A stretch of 64,000 nucleotides of DNA from Pelagibacteraceae bacterium AG-422-B15 (GCA_905182345.1 CAJJBG010000002.1:30345-94344), one strand, 5' to 3'. Counted from the stretch's first letter, positions 21,245 through 32,387 are shown. Made by a program: numbers and translations. The notes: generated by a model not told the origin, from the sequence alone.

Positions 21245-22033
21245 TTATATTAAAAGTGTTCTAATTTGTTCTTTTATATTTAGAGACCTCATTAATGATT
21301 CGCCTATTAAAAAAGTTCTTATAGGTGAGTTTAATACTATGAAATCAATATCATTCTTGGTCTTAATGCCACTTTCAGAAACAATAATCTTATCTGCAGA
21401 GGTATTCTTTGTTAAGTCTATGGAGTTATTAATATTAACTGAAAAATCATTTAAATTTCTATTATTAATTCCAACTAAATCTGATTTCATATCAAGTGCA
21501 ATTTCCATTTCTTTCATGTTGTGGGCTTCAATTAATACATCTAACCCCATTTTAATTGCTTGATCCTCAAGCTCCCTAGCTTTCACTTCATCAATCATAG
21601 CTAGTATTATTAAAATACAATCCGCACCAAGCATTTTAGACTCATGAAGTTGATACTCATCAACAATAAAATCCTTTCTTAATATCGGTAGGGAAACATA
21701 TTTTCTAATTTGAGATAAATCATTATCATTGCCCTTAAAGTATTTTTCGTCAGTCAAAATTGATAAACAGGAAATACCATTTTCTTCATAAATTTTTGCT
21801 ATATTAAAATAATCCTGGTCATCATTAAAAATAGTACCGGCTGAAGGACTTGCTTTTTTTAATTCACCAATTATGGATATTTTTTTATTTAAGTTATTTT
21901 TTACTATTTTCTTTACAAAGCCTTTTGGAGTGTAATTTGTTGCTGCTTCTTTAATTTTTAAATAATCAGACTTAGATTTTTTTTGTGTAACAAACTCTTT
22001 TTTATAATTATATATTTCATTTAAAATTGACAT
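21245..22033 (-). CDS. trpC: indole-3-glycerol phosphate synthase
   Basis: 262 aa. Motifs IGELKKASPS.G, ILRKDFI and LIE.H are present, in trpE-G-D-C operon order. Confidence 0.93.
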   Translation of the reverse strand: MSILNEIYNYKKEFVTQKKSKSDYLKIKEAATNYTPKGFVKKIVKNNLNKKISIIGELKKASPSAGTIFNDDQDYFNIAKIYEENGISCLSILTDEKYFKGNDNDLSQIRKYVSLPILRKDFIVDEYQLHESKMLGADCILIILAMIDEVKARELEDQAIKMGLDVLIEAHNMKEMEIALDMKSDLVGINNRNLNDFSVNINNSIDLTKNTSADKIIVSESGIKTKNDIDFIVLNSPIRTFLIGESLMRSLNIKEQIRTLLI

Positions 22034-22042
22034 AATAGAAAG

Positions 22043-23059
22043 TTAATAACTTTGAGTAAAATCGATCATATTGTTGATTGTCTTTAGGGCTTTTCCGGAA
22101 TCAATAGTATGTTTGGCAATTAAATAATTTTCTTTGATTATATCAAGGTCAAAAATATCTGTTTTAGTTAATGAAAGTGCAAAAGCTGTATTTAGCAAAA
22201 CTATTTCATAAAAAGCATCTTTTTTATTAGTAAAAATTTCCTTAATACGATTAGCATTGTAATGAGAGTCACCACCATTAAGTTCATTTAAATTAAGATC
22301 ATTTATTCCGATTGATGAAGCTTTGAATACTTCCATCTGTTTTCCTGGTCTTTGTATTTTATTATCTCCTGTTATATTTATTTCATCCATACCATCACCA
22401 CCGTAGACTATAGTTGAGTTTTCTTTGCCAAGTTCTAACATTACATCATTATAAATTAACTGTACTTCCGCACTATAAACTCCAACAAGTTGAGATTTTA
22501 TATTGCCTGGATTAAGAAGTGGGCCCAGCATATTAAAGATTGTTCTTATTCCTATTTCTTGCCTCACTTTACCAACATACTTCATTGCTGGATGATGATT
22601 TGGTGCATACATAAAGCACATATTAAGCTCATTAATACACTTAGTTAAGTCAGCTGGATTACTAAGCAGTTTAATGCCAAGTGCCTCTAATACATCAGCT
22701 GAGCCACAATTTGATGTAAGTGCCTTATTTCCATGTTTTGCAATAGGTGTCCCAGCAGCAGCTACCACAAAAGAAGTTGCTGTAGATACATTTAATGAGC
22801 CTGATCCATCGCCACCAGTCCCACATGTGTCAATTGAATCTTTGGGAACATTTACTTCAATCATTTTATTGTGCATAACTTTTAATGCACCAATTATATG
22901 ATCTTTATTAATACCATTTTTTTGCAAAACCACTAAAAAGGCACCAATTTGACCATCAGTTGCCTCACCTGACATTATAAACTCAAATGCCTCAGATGTT
23001 AATTCTGTAGATAAATTTCCATGATAAGCATGCTCAATAATACTTTTAATGTTTGTCAT
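22043..23059 (-). CDS. trpD: anthranilate phosphoribosyltransferase
   Basis: 338 aa. Motifs DTCGTGGDG, KHGN.A..S..GSADVLE and NMLGPL.NP are present. Confidence 0.95.
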   Translation of the reverse strand: MTNIKSIIEHAYHGNLSTELTSEAFEFIMSGEATDGQIGAFLVVLQKNGINKDHIIGALKVMHNKMIEVNVPKDSIDTCGTGGDGSGSLNVSTATSFVVAAAGTPIAKHGNKALTSNCGSADVLEALGIKLLSNPADLTKCINELNMCFMYAPNHHPAMKYVGKVRQEIGIRTIFNMLGPLLNPGNIKSQLVGVYSAEVQLIYNDVMLELGKENSTIVYGGDGMDEINITGDNKIQRPGKQMEVFKASSIGINDLNLNELNGGDSHYNANRIKEIFTNKKDAFYEIVLLNTAFALSLTKTDIFDLDIIKENYLIAKHTIDSGKALKTINNMIDFTQSY

Positions 23060-23643
23060 TATAATTTTACAAAATTAGAGATAATTTTTTGCCCGTGTTT
23101 TTTTGATGTACCTATGCTTTCTGGATGAAACTGCACTCCATATAATGGGAATTCTTTATGTTCAATTCCCATAATAACATTTTTATTTGCATCTTTAGTA
23201 TTTGAAATAACTTTAAAACAATTGGGCAGGGAGTTAGGCTCTATTACCAGACTGTGATATCTAGTTGCATTAAATTTTTTAGGGAGTCCTTTGAATAATT
23301 TAGAGCTATTTTCATTTGTAACTTCTGAAATTTTACCATGCATTATTCTTTTAGCTTGCACAATCTTACCACCTAAAGCTTGACCTATAGATTGATGTCC
23401 GAGACATACTCCAAGAATAGGCATTTCTTTATACAGAGACCTTATCAATTCCAAACAAATTCCCGCTTCATTAGGGGTGCATGGGCCTGGGGATATAATA
23501 ATTTTAGTTGGTTTGATTTTATTTCTTATATCTTTTATTGTTAGCTTATCATTTCTATAAACTTCTACTTCAGAACCAGTCTCTTGAATGTAATGTGCAA
23601 GATTAAAGGTAAAACTGTCATAGTTATCAATTAGTAAAATCAT
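23059..23643 (-). CDS. trpG: anthranilate synthase component II (glutamine amidotransferase)
   Basis: 194 aa. Motifs IDNYDSFTFNL, GVCLGHQ and QFHPES are present. Confidence 0.95.
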   Translation of the reverse strand: MILLIDNYDSFTFNLAHYIQETGSEVEVYRNDKLTIKDIRNKIKPTKIIISPGPCTPNEAGICLELIRSLYKEMPILGVCLGHQSIGQALGGKIVQAKRIMHGKISEVTNENSSKLFKGLPKKFNATRYHSLVIEPNSLPNCFKVISNTKDANKNVIMGIEHKEFPLYGVQFHPESIGTSKKHGQKIISNFVKL

Positions 23644-25136
23644 TTATTGTTACCCAGTGCTATTTCTGCCGCTTTAATTATTGCCATTGATTTATTTACA
23701 GTTTCTTTATACTCATATTCGGCCTTACTATCATATACAACACCGCCGCCTGCTTGAACATATAGTTTTTCATTTTGAATAATTCCAGTGCGCAATACGA
23801 TACATGTATCCATTTCATTCATAGATGAAAAATAACCAACGGCACCAGCGTAAGGGCCTCTTTTTGTTGACTCTAGTTGATCTATTATTTGCATAGCTCT
23901 AATTTTTGGTGCACCAGTCACAGTTCCAGCTGGAAAACCCGACATTAAAGCATCAATTAATGTTTTATTTTTTTTGAGTACGCCTTCCACATTGGAAACT
24001 ATATGCATTACATGTGAGTATCTCTCTATAGTAAAACTTGAAGTTACTTTTACAGTTCCAGGTTTTACAACGCGCCCAACATCATTTCGACCTAAGTCCA
24101 ATAACATCATATGCTCTGATATTTCCTTAGCATCTCTTAATAATTCTTTTTCATTATTTATATCTTCTTTTTTATTACGTCCACGCGGCCTCGTCCCGGC
24201 TATAGGTCTGATTGTTACCTTTTTATCTCTAACCCTAACAAGAATTTCAGGACTAGATCCAACTATATTAAACGTTGGAAAATTGAATAAATACATAAAT
24301 GGAGAGGGGTTTGTTTCTCTAAGAACTCTATATAATTCAGCAGCTGGTAATTTGAAATCCATTTCAAACCGGTGGCTTGGAACAATTTGAAATATATCAC
24401 CATCCCTAATAAATTTCTTAGCTTTTTCTACATTATTAAAAAACTTATTCTTTGTAATATTAGACTTAGCCTTGATATGAATTTTTTTATTTAAATTAAT
24501 ATCTATATTATTATTGGGAACTAAAAATAAATTTAAATCATCATTGATTTCCTTAATAACTTCATTGTACAATTTTTGTTTTACAGTGTGTGTGCCGCTG
24601 ATGAATGCTTTAATTATATATAAGTCATTTTTATGGTTATCATAAATCATTAGTGTTCGAGGATAAAATAACAAACAATCAGGCACTTTAAGATTTTTAA
24701 TCTTCTTATTTATTGAAATTTTTTCAACATAATTAATAGCTTCGTATCCTAAATAACCAAACATCGCCGATGACATTGGGGGTAAATTTTTTGGTATTTT
24801 TATTTTTAGATCTTTAATTAAAATGTCTAGATTTTCTAAGGGGTCTTCATTCTTTATTTTTATTTTCTTAAATTTAGAATTTATTTTTTTATGCAATGAT
24901 GCTTTTTTGTTATTAATTTTTAATATGACTAAAGGATCGTAGCCACAAATTGAATATCTACCTCTGTTAATTCCACCCTCAACTGACTCATAAACAAAAC
25001 TGTAATTGCGCTTATTAACAATATTAATAAAATTATAGATAGGATCTATACCTATATTCTTAAATTTTTTAAAAATTAAAAAATCTTTTTTTTTGCTAAG
25101 TTTTTCTATAAAAGCTGTTCTGCTTAATGAGACCAT
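23640..25136 (-). CDS. trpE: anthranilate synthase component I
   Basis: 498 aa chorismate-binding domain with GSSPE, PAGT.TGAPK.RAM.II and GGG.V.DS. Confidence 0.95.
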   Translation of the reverse strand: MVSLSRTAFIEKLSKKKDFLIFKKFKNIGIDPIYNFINIVNKRNYSFVYESVEGGINRGRYSICGYDPLVILKINNKKASLHKKINSKFKKIKIKNEDPLENLDILIKDLKIKIPKNLPPMSSAMFGYLGYEAINYVEKISINKKIKNLKVPDCLLFYPRTLMIYDNHKNDLYIIKAFISGTHTVKQKLYNEVIKEINDDLNLFLVPNNNIDINLNKKIHIKAKSNITKNKFFNNVEKAKKFIRDGDIFQIVPSHRFEMDFKLPAAELYRVLRETNPSPFMYLFNFPTFNIVGSSPEILVRVRDKKVTIRPIAGTRPRGRNKKEDINNEKELLRDAKEISEHMMLLDLGRNDVGRVVKPGTVKVTSSFTIERYSHVMHIVSNVEGVLKKNKTLIDALMSGFPAGTVTGAPKIRAMQIIDQLESTKRGPYAGAVGYFSSMNEMDTCIVLRTGIIQNEKLYVQAGGGVVYDSKAEYEYKETVNKSMAIIKAAEIALGNNK

Positions 25137-25137
25137 T

Positions 25138-26982
25138 TTAAAGGAATAAATTATTTATATTTTTTATATAAAGTTCATATTCTATGTCATCAGACAGTTT
25201 TTTCTTTATAATATTTTCCATCGATTGATTAAAACTAGCCTGAACATTTAGTATTAATTTCTGCTTATCATTGCCATGTATTAAGTTATCTGATGGATTA
25301 ATTCTATTTATAAAGACCAATCCGTAATTGTTATTCAAGTCTCTAAACCCCAATGAACTTTCATTGCTTAATTTGAATATAGAATCAAGTGTCTCTTGTT
25401 TAAATAAGTCGCTTTCATTGCGTTTTAAGTTTTTAACTTCTGACAATTTTAAATTATTTTTCTTAGCATAGGCCTCAAATGTAGCCATATCTATATACTT
25501 GTATTTTAGCTCCAGGCTTGTAATTAAGTCGCTTAAGTAAGTATTTACTTTTTTGGCCTTAAGATCTCTCAATACTTTTTCTTTAATATTTTCAAGTGGC
25601 TCAATATATGCATCCGTTATATCAATAATTTTTATAAGTAAACCAACGTCATTATTATCTATAATTAAATCTGATTGATAACCAACTTCTGCTGAAGAAA
25701 GTATGCGAAGATTTTCTTCGTTTAATTGATCTCGAAAATTAGATATTATTCCTTCTTGAAGTTTAATATTTAGTTCTGTTGCAATTTCTTCAATATCAAT
25801 GCCTGTTAAATTAAGCTCATCAATTAAATCGATGTTAGCAATATAGGTTTGATAGGAATTTTCAATTTCTAATAACTTGATAATATTATCTTTTGCCTCA
25901 TCTATAGTTATTGTTTTACTTTTATTTATTTTATTAACAGTAACAATAAATACGCCCAAACCATCAACTGTAATTGGTTTAGCTGCAACACCTTCATTAA
26001 GATCAAAAATTACTGATGAGAGTTGCTCATCAAAATCATTAAAGCTAACATTATCAAGCTCAGATTTTACTAAATTATTTTCATCTAGAATTTTTTTTAA
26101 TTTATCACTATTATTTTTGAGTAGTGGTAAAATTTTATTTGCTAACTCAATATCTTTAACATTAATAATTTCAATTGATCGTGTTTCTGCTTCAACATAA
26201 TTAAATAAATTTTCATTGTAATAGTCAGATATGTCTACTTCATTAATCTTTACTTGACCCATAAAATCATTCTGGCTTATTTTAATAAAATCAAACCTTA
26301 TTTCTCTATTTACCTGGTAATTGTCTATATGGTCATTATAAAACGATCTAATGTTACCATCGGATGCATCAATATTAATATCAATATTTTTATCTAGATT
26401 AAAATAAACAACGTCCCTTGTTTCGGCTTCGTAGTTATAAAAAATATCAATAACTTTTTCATTAAGTGGCTTAGGTATAGAAAAATTTTCAAAGACTAAT
26501 TGGTTTAAAAAAACATTTGAAATTTCACCAACTAATTCAAACTCATCATTAAAAGAACTTAGTAATGAATTTTCATATAGTACCTTGTTAAAATTTCCAT
26601 TTGAGTCTTGAAACTGTGGAATAGAAGTTATTATTTTCTTAATTAAAGTATCAGATAGATAGATGTCATTTTTCTTAGCAAACTCTTGGATTAATTTACT
26701 ATAAACCATTTCATTTAAAACTAAGTAAGTAATTTGTTGCTCATGAGCCTCTTGTTCAGTAATTTTTTTATCTAAGGTAGAATTAAACTGTGCAAGCTTG
26801 TTTTGAAATTGTGAATAAAAGTCATTGATAGTTATTTTTTGTGAACCGACTTTAGCTACTAAGCCACTCTCACCAGATCTAAGTAAATCTCCCATGCCCC
26901 AAACAGCAAAACTCGCCACCATTATTAGCAGCAGTATCTTGCCAAAAATTGATTTTACTATATTTCTTATTATGTTTAACAT
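25138..26982 (-). CDS. ppiD: periplasmic chaperone/peptidyl-prolyl isomerase, PpiD-like
   Basis: 614 aa with an N-terminal TM anchor, a SurA-N-like region and a degenerate parvulin-like middle. Its position next to trpE and opposite tpiA is conserved in alphaproteobacteria. Confidence 0.7.
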   Translation of the reverse strand: MLNIIRNIVKSIFGKILLLIMVASFAVWGMGDLLRSGESGLVAKVGSQKITINDFYSQFQNKLAQFNSTLDKKITEQEAHEQQITYLVLNEMVYSKLIQEFAKKNDIYLSDTLIKKIITSIPQFQDSNGNFNKVLYENSLLSSFNDEFELVGEISNVFLNQLVFENFSIPKPLNEKVIDIFYNYEAETRDVVYFNLDKNIDINIDASDGNIRSFYNDHIDNYQVNREIRFDFIKISQNDFMGQVKINEVDISDYYNENLFNYVEAETRSIEIINVKDIELANKILPLLKNNSDKLKKILDENNLVKSELDNVSFNDFDEQLSSVIFDLNEGVAAKPITVDGLGVFIVTVNKINKSKTITIDEAKDNIIKLLEIENSYQTYIANIDLIDELNLTGIDIEEIATELNIKLQEGIISNFRDQLNEENLRILSSAEVGYQSDLIIDNNDVGLLIKIIDITDAYIEPLENIKEKVLRDLKAKKVNTYLSDLITSLELKYKYIDMATFEAYAKKNNLKLSEVKNLKRNESDLFKQETLDSIFKLSNESSLGFRDLNNNYGLVFINRINPSDNLIHGNDKQKLILNVQASFNQSMENIIKKKLSDDIEYELYIKNINNLFL

Positions 26983-27052
26983 TTATGGTTATTATTAGAT
27001 AATGAATGAATATAATTGTTTTAAACGATTTTTATAGCTAAATAAGGTTTCT

Positions 27053-27793
27053 ATGAAAAGAACTAAATTTGTAATTGGTAACTGGAAGATGAATGGCCTC
27101 AAATCATCTATGAATATCTATGAGGGTGTTAATAAACATATGCTTAGTAATAAAAAATCGAGCGATCTAAATGTAGTAATTTGTCCTCCGTTCACCTTAA
27201 TTAATCTATTTTCTAGTAAAAAAACATCCAAAATTATGATTGGTGCACAAGATACACATGAAAAAGAGAGTGGGGCTTATACAGGCTCTATTAGTTCGCA
27301 AATGTTAAGTGATTTGGGTGCAGGTTATGTTATTATTGGACATTCAGAAAGAAGGCAGTATTTTGGTGAGAATGTAAAACTTTTGGCAGATAAAATCATA
27401 GCAGCACAAAAAGCTGATTTAAAAGTGATTTTTTGTATTGGTGAGCTTAAAAATGAAATAAAAAATCGTAAATCAGTTTTACGAAAACAACTGAAATCTC
27501 TCCCTAAAAAACTTAATTATAAAAATATAATAATTGCATATGAGCCTGTTTGGGCTATTGGAACAGGACTTATTCCTAGTTTTGATGAAATTAATTCTAT
27601 TCATTTATCAATCAGAGATATTTTGAAATATGATTTAAAGTTCTCAAAAAATGTATCTATTTTGTATGGTGGATCAGTTAATCCCAAGAATGCATCAAAT
27701 ATATTGTCATTAGAGAATGTTGACGGTGCTTTAGTTGGCGGCGCCTCACTTAATTCAAAGGATTTTTCTAATATTATTGATTATTATACATAA
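27053..27793 (+). CDS. tpiA: triosephosphate isomerase
   Basis: 246 aa. Motifs GNWKMNG, IGHSERR, AYEPVWAIGTG and GGASL are present. Confidence 0.95.
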   Translation: MKRTKFVIGNWKMNGLKSSMNIYEGVNKHMLSNKKSSDLNVVICPPFTLINLFSSKKTSKIMIGAQDTHEKESGAYTGSISSQMLSDLGAGYVIIGHSERRQYFGENVKLLADKIIAAQKADLKVIFCIGELKNEIKNRKSVLRKQLKSLPKKLNYKNIIIAYEPVWAIGTGLIPSFDEINSIHLSIRDILKYDLKFSKNVSILYGGSVNPKNASNILSLENVDGALVGGASLNSKDFSNIIDYYT

Positions 27794-27811
27794 AAGCATA
27801 TAAGACCGTTT

Positions 27812-28123
27812 ATGGAAAATATTGTTCTTTTAATACATATTATATTAGCAATCATATTAATTATTGTGATTTTGCTACAACGAGCTGAGGGTGGTGCCCT
27901 AGGTATCGGCGGAGGCAGCGATGGAATGACACCAAGAGGATCTGGTGATATGCTTACACGCATTACAGCAATTATTGCTACATTTTTCATTATAACGAGT
28001 ATAACTCTAGCAATTATGAGCATGCGTTCATCAAATAATAGCCTTAACTTTGACGATCAAAATACCTCAAGTGATATTGAGCTACTAAATAATAATCTTT
28101 TAGAAAAGCCAGAGCTTAATTAA
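27812..28123 (+). CDS. secG: preprotein translocase subunit SecG
   Basis: 103 aa with two TM segments and the LLQ....GG..GGG motif. The tpiA-secG-pyrG order is conserved. Confidence 0.85.
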   Translation: MENIVLLIHIILAIILIIVILLQRAEGGALGIGGGSDGMTPRGSGDMLTRITAIIATFFIITSITLAIMSMRSSNNSLNFDDQNTSSDIELLNNNLLEKPELN

Positions 28124-28163
28124 TTCTTTTAATTATCTGTTAGTTCGAGTATAAAATACTTCC

Positions 28164-29792
28164 ATGGCGCGTTTTATTTTTGTTACTGGCGGTGTGGTCT
28201 CCTCTTTAGGGAAGGGTCTTGCAGCTGCATCACTTGCTTCTCTGTTACAGCATCATGGATATAAAGTTAGGATAAGAAAGCTTGATCCATACTTAAATGT
28301 CGATCCTGGTACAATGAGCCCTTATGAACATGGCGAAGTTTATGTAACTGATGATGGAGCTGAGACTGATTTAGACCTTGGTCATTATGAGAGATTTACT
28401 GGTGTTTCATCAAAAAAATCAGACAATATTACCTCGGGTCGTGTTTATCAGGATATTATAAAGCGTGAGCGAAAAGGTGAATACTTAGGAGGTACCGTTC
28501 AAGTTGTTCCACATGTGACAAATGAAATTAAAAAATTTATTAACAATGATCTAAGTGGAGAAGACTTTATTATCTGTGAAATTGGCGGAACTATTGGAGA
28601 TATAGAGAGCCTTCCTTTTATAGAGGCAATAAGACAATTTCATTATGAAAATGATACATCTATGTCAATGTTTATACATGTAACGTTGGTTCCATATATA
28701 GCAAGTTCAGGAGAGTTAAAAACTAAGCCAACTCAACATTCTGTTAAAGAACTAAGAAGTCTCGGTATACAGCCAAATATATTACTTTGTAGAGCAGACC
28801 GAGAAATACCTCTTGACCAAAGAGATAAAATTGCTCTTTTTTGCAATGTTAAAAAGAACAATGTTATTCAAGCTATCAATGCCCCAACAATATACGAAGT
28901 TCCAATTAACTTTTATAATGAAGGTTTAGATAAGAGAGTTTTAGAATATTTTAGTCTTGATGTTAAAAAATCAATTGACCTTAAGATGTGGAAAAATGTA
29001 TCTGACTCAGTTCTAAATCCTAAGGGTGAAGTAAATATTAGTATAGTAGGTAAGTATACTGGGTTAGCAGATGCATATAAATCTTTAAATGAAGCTTTAA
29101 GTCATGGCGGAATATACAACCGAGTAAAAGTTAAAATCAATTGGATTGAATCTGAAGATATAAATGAATCCAATGTATCAAAACTTCTATCTAATTCTAA
29201 TGGAGTGCTGGTTCCTGGTGGCTTTGGACAAAGAGGTTCAGAAGGTAAGATTCTTGCTATAAAATTTGCTCGAGAAAATAATATTCCTTACTTTGGAATT
29301 TGTTTTGGTATGCAGATGGCAGCAATTGAAGCTGCTAGAAACCTTTTAAATATAAAAGATGCCTCATCAAGTGAATTTGGTAAAACTAAATCACCTGTTG
29401 TTGGTCTAATGACAGAGTGGTCAAAAGAAAATACCGTTGAAAAAAGACAATCTAATAGTGATTTAGGTGGAACAATGAGGTTGGGATCATATAATGCTAT
29501 AATTAGCAAAGGTAGCAAGGCTAGGGAAATATATGAAAGTGATACTATTGATGAGAGGCATAGACATAGATATGAAGTGAATAGTAATTTTTGTGAACCT
29601 CTTTTAAAAAAAGGAATTATATTTTCTGGATTTTCGCCTGATGGATTGCTACCTGAGATACTTGAAATACCTAGTCACCCTTGGTTTATAGGTGTACAGT
29701 TTCATCCTGAGTTGAAATCAAAGCCATTTGAGCCTCATCCACTATTTAAATCTTTCATTGGCGCTGCATTAGAACAACTTAATAAAAAATAA
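28164..29792 (+). CDS. pyrG: CTP synthase
   Basis: 542 aa. Motifs [20 protein letters not shown] and QFHPE are present. Confidence 0.97.
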   Translation: MARFIFVTGGVVSSLGKGLAAASLASLLQHHGYKVRIRKLDPYLNVDPGTMSPYEHGEVYVTDDGAETDLDLGHYERFTGVSSKKSDNITSGRVYQDIIKRERKGEYLGGTVQVVPHVTNEIKKFINNDLSGEDFIICEIGGTIGDIESLPFIEAIRQFHYENDTSMSMFIHVTLVPYIASSGELKTKPTQHSVKELRSLGIQPNILLCRADREIPLDQRDKIALFCNVKKNNVIQAINAPTIYEVPINFYNEGLDKRVLEYFSLDVKKSIDLKMWKNVSDSVLNPKGEVNISIVGKYTGLADAYKSLNEALSHGGIYNRVKVKINWIESEDINESNVSKLLSNSNGVLVPGGFGQRGSEGKILAIKFARENNIPYFGICFGMQMAAIEAARNLLNIKDASSSEFGKTKSPVVGLMTEWSKENTVEKRQSNSDLGGTMRLGSYNAIISKGSKAREIYESDTIDERHRHRYEVNSNFCEPLLKKGIIFSGFSPDGLLPEILEIPSHPWFIGVQFHPELKSKPFEPHPLFKSFIGAALEQLNKK

Positions 29793-29795
29793 ACA

Positions 29796-30626
29796 ATGTC
29801 ACAAAAAACTGTAAGCTTAAATGATATAAATATCTCCAATGAGTTGCCACTTACTCTAATTGCAGGCCCATGTGTACTAGAGAGTCATGCTCATGCAAGA
29901 CTTATGGTAGAAAAACTTCTTGAAATAACCTCTCGAGTAAATATAAATTTTATTTATAAAACCTCTTATGACAAAGCAAATAGAACAAGCCTTTCATCTG
30001 TTAGAGGCTTAGGCATAGACACTTCTCTTAAAATATTCTCAGAATTAAAAAGTGAATATAATATTCCAATTCTTACTGATGTGCACACAGCTATTGATTG
30101 TGACTTGGTAAAAGATCATGTTGATATTCTTCAAATACCAGCTTTTTTATGCAGACAAACTGACTTACTTATTGCTGCAGCTACTACTGGAAAGATTATT
30201 AATGTTAAAAAAGGGCAGTTTTTAGCACCACATGATATGATCAATGTTGCAAAAAAAATCTTGGAATCTGGTAATAAAAACTTACTACTGACTGAAAGAG
30301 GAGTTAGCTTTGGTTATAATACTTTAGTTTCAGATATGAAATCTCTTGAAATAATGAAAAATGAAATAGAGTATCCTGTTATTTTTGATGCTACACATTC
30401 CGTACAATCACCAGGTGGATTAGGTGGAACAAGTGGTGGGGATAGAAGGTTTGTGCCAACTTTAGCTAGAGCTGCAGTTGCTGTAGGTGTTGCTGGTATC
30501 TTCATGGAAACGCACAACGACCCAGATAACGCTCCTTCTGATGGACCAAATATGCTTAAAATTGATAACCTTGAAAAATTATTAAATAAATTGATTGAAA
30601 TTGACAAAATTGTTAAAGAAATTTAA
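29796..30626 (+). CDS. kdsA: 3-deoxy-8-phosphooctulonate synthase
   Basis: 276 aa. Motifs [29 protein letters not shown] and DATHSVQ.PGG are present. Confidence 0.95.
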   Translation: MSQKTVSLNDINISNELPLTLIAGPCVLESHAHARLMVEKLLEITSRVNINFIYKTSYDKANRTSLSSVRGLGIDTSLKIFSELKSEYNIPILTDVHTAIDCDLVKDHVDILQIPAFLCRQTDLLIAAATTGKIINVKKGQFLAPHDMINVAKKILESGNKNLLLTERGVSFGYNTLVSDMKSLEIMKNEIEYPVIFDATHSVQSPGGLGGTSGGDRRFVPTLARAAVAVGVAGIFMETHNDPDNAPSDGPNMLKIDNLEKLLNKLIEIDKIVKEI

Positions 30627-30653
30627 GTAAATTCATAATAATCTATAAACATA

Positions 30654-31922
30654 ATGACTAAAATTAAGAATATAATTTCAAGACAGATACTTGATAGTAG
30701 GGGTTTTCCAACTATAGAAACGGATGTAATTCTTGAGAATAATATTATTGGCCGTGCATCTGTTCCATCTGGAGCCTCAACTGGAAAACATGAAGCTTGT
30801 GAATTAAGAGATGGTGGTAAAAAATATATTGGCAAATCTGTCTTAAAAGCTGTTAACAATGTTAACGGAGAAATATTTGACGCGCTTACTGGATGTGATA
30901 CTACGGACCAAGTCTCAATAGACAATATATTAATTAAATTAGATGGAACAAAAAATAAGTCTAGGTTAGGTGCCAACGCTATATTAAGTGTTTCTTTGGC
31001 TGTGGCCGATGCTTCAGCAAATTATTATAATATACCACTATATAAATACTTAGGTGGAACATCTGACTTTAAATTACCAACACCCATGTTTAATATTATT
31101 AATGGTGGTGCTCACGCCAATAACAAGCTTTCCTTCCAAGAATTTATGATCATTCCAGTTAATAATAAAAAATTTTCTGAATGCCTAAGAAAGTCTGCAG
31201 AAGTATTTCATACATTAAAAACAATATTGCATAAACAAGGATTTTCTACATCGGTAGGTGATGAAGGTGGTTTTGCTCCAGACCTTAACTCTGAGGAAGA
31301 AGCCTTAGATCTAATCTCACTAGCTATTAAAAAATCTGGATACAATCTTACTAAAGATTTTGTTTTCGCTCTAGATATTGCCTCTACAGAATTTTATTCT
31401 AAAAATAAATATAAACTAATTTCTGAAAAAAAACCTTTTTCATCATTAGAGTTTTCAAGCTTTATTAAAAAACTATGTAAAAAATATCCTATTGTTTCAA
31501 TCGAAGATCCAATGGCTGAAGATGATTGGAAGGGCTGGTCTGAGTTAACTAATAGTATTGGTAGTAGTGTTCAAATTGTTGGTGATGATTTATTTGTAAC
31601 TAATATAAATCGTCTTAATCAAGGTATCAGTGAAAATTCTGCTAATGCAATTTTGATTAAACTTAATCAAATCGGAACACTAACTGAAACTATTAATTGC
31701 ATTGAATTAGCTAAGGCCAATAAATTTGAGACTATTATTTCTCATAGATCAGGCGAAACTGAAAATACGTTTATTTCAGATCTATCGGTTGGTCTCAACT
31801 GCGGTCAAATAAAAGCCGGCTCTTTATCTAGGTCTGAGAGAATCGCTAAATTCAACCAGTTATTAAGAATTGAAGAAAACTTTATTTCAAATAAAACTCT
31901 TAAAAACAATCGTTTCTTTTGA
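30654..31922 (+). CDS. eno: enolase
   Basis: 422 aa. Motifs ILDSRG.PT.E, SHRSGETE and IKLNQIGT.TE are present. Confidence 0.97.
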   Translation: MTKIKNIISRQILDSRGFPTIETDVILENNIIGRASVPSGASTGKHEACELRDGGKKYIGKSVLKAVNNVNGEIFDALTGCDTTDQVSIDNILIKLDGTKNKSRLGANAILSVSLAVADASANYYNIPLYKYLGGTSDFKLPTPMFNIINGGAHANNKLSFQEFMIIPVNNKKFSECLRKSAEVFHTLKTILHKQGFSTSVGDEGGFAPDLNSEEEALDLISLAIKKSGYNLTKDFVFALDIASTEFYSKNKYKLISEKKPFSSLEFSSFIKKLCKKYPIVSIEDPMAEDDWKGWSELTNSIGSSVQIVGDDLFVTNINRLNQGISENSANAILIKLNQIGTLTETINCIELAKANKFETIISHRSGETENTFISDLSVGLNCGQIKAGSLSRSERIAKFNQLLRIEENFISNKTLKNNRFF

Positions 31923-32007
31923 TATCTTAATGCTTAATTAGAACAAAGAGAGTCCAAATCGGATAATATATTATATATTTTTAGATTTATAATTTTATCT
32001 GTTTGAC

Positions 32008-32031
32008 TGATTCTCTCTTATTTGATTCTCT
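32008..32031 (+). repeat. direct repeat TGATTCTCT x2 (15-nt period), each copy holding a GANTC site, immediately upstream of ftsB
   Basis: The copies lie at 32008-32016 and 32023-32031. GANTC sites are at 31951, 32009 and 32024. The function is unknown. Confidence 0.25.
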
Positions 32032-32039
32032 AGTTACTA

Positions 32040-32348
32040 ATGAAAATGCTTAATACATTTAATATAGCTATAAAGAAATACTATCTTTATTTGCTAAGTC
32101 CACTAGTTTTCTTCTACATAGGTTTTCACTTAATTAATGGAAATAATGGTTTATTAGCTCATGTTCATTTAAATGATCAAATTAAATCTCTTGAACATGA
32201 AATTAAATTAATCTCAAAAGATAGTCAGACGATGTTAATTAAGATTACTCAGTTAGAAAAAGATACATACACAGATATTCAAGATGAAATGCTTAGAAAA
32301 GTCTTAAACTTTTCTCAAGATAATGAGTATATAATTATCTTTAATTAA
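32040..32348 (+). CDS. ftsB: cell division protein FtsB (septum formation initiator family)
   Basis: 102 aa with a single N-terminal TM followed by a coiled coil (G.NGLL....L...I..LE.EI). Its position after eno is conserved. Confidence 0.7.
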   Translation: MKMLNTFNIAIKKYYLYLLSPLVFFYIGFHLINGNNGLLAHVHLNDQIKSLEHEIKLISKDSQTMLIKITQLEKDTYTDIQDEMLRKVLNFSQDNEYIIIFN

Positions 32349-32387
32349 TTACTTGAAAACAAAGTTATTTAGTCATATTTATTTGAT

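Noticed and set aside
21237-21563. 108-aa plus-strand ORF starting in the lexA-trpC spacer.
   Set aside because: It runs antisense through the 3' third of trpC and has a low-complexity hydrophobic translation. The spacer is better explained by the lexA promoter and operator.
23974-24390. 138-aa plus-strand ORF antisense to trpE. Similar cases are 3036-3353, 10305-10625, 14092-14406, 16529-16789, 22674-22901, 25877-26200, 37055-37402, 40860-41141, 53177-53527 and 57732-58067.
   Set aside because: All lie entirely inside strongly recognisable conserved genes on the opposite strand. They have low-complexity S/L/I/F-rich translations with no recognisable motifs. This is the typical shadow-ORF artefact of codon-biased genes.
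30623-30976. 117-aa minus-strand ORF spanning the kdsA-eno junction.
   Set aside because: It is antisense to the highly conserved eno N-terminus, has no motif and no plausible start context. It is a shadow ORF.
31923-32039. CtrA-type TTAA-N7-TTAA boxes and -35/-10 promoter calls in spacers.
   Set aside because: In DNA this AT-rich, TTAA-containing and TATAAT-like strings occur constantly by chance. I could not separate signal from background by eye, so none is reported as a feature.
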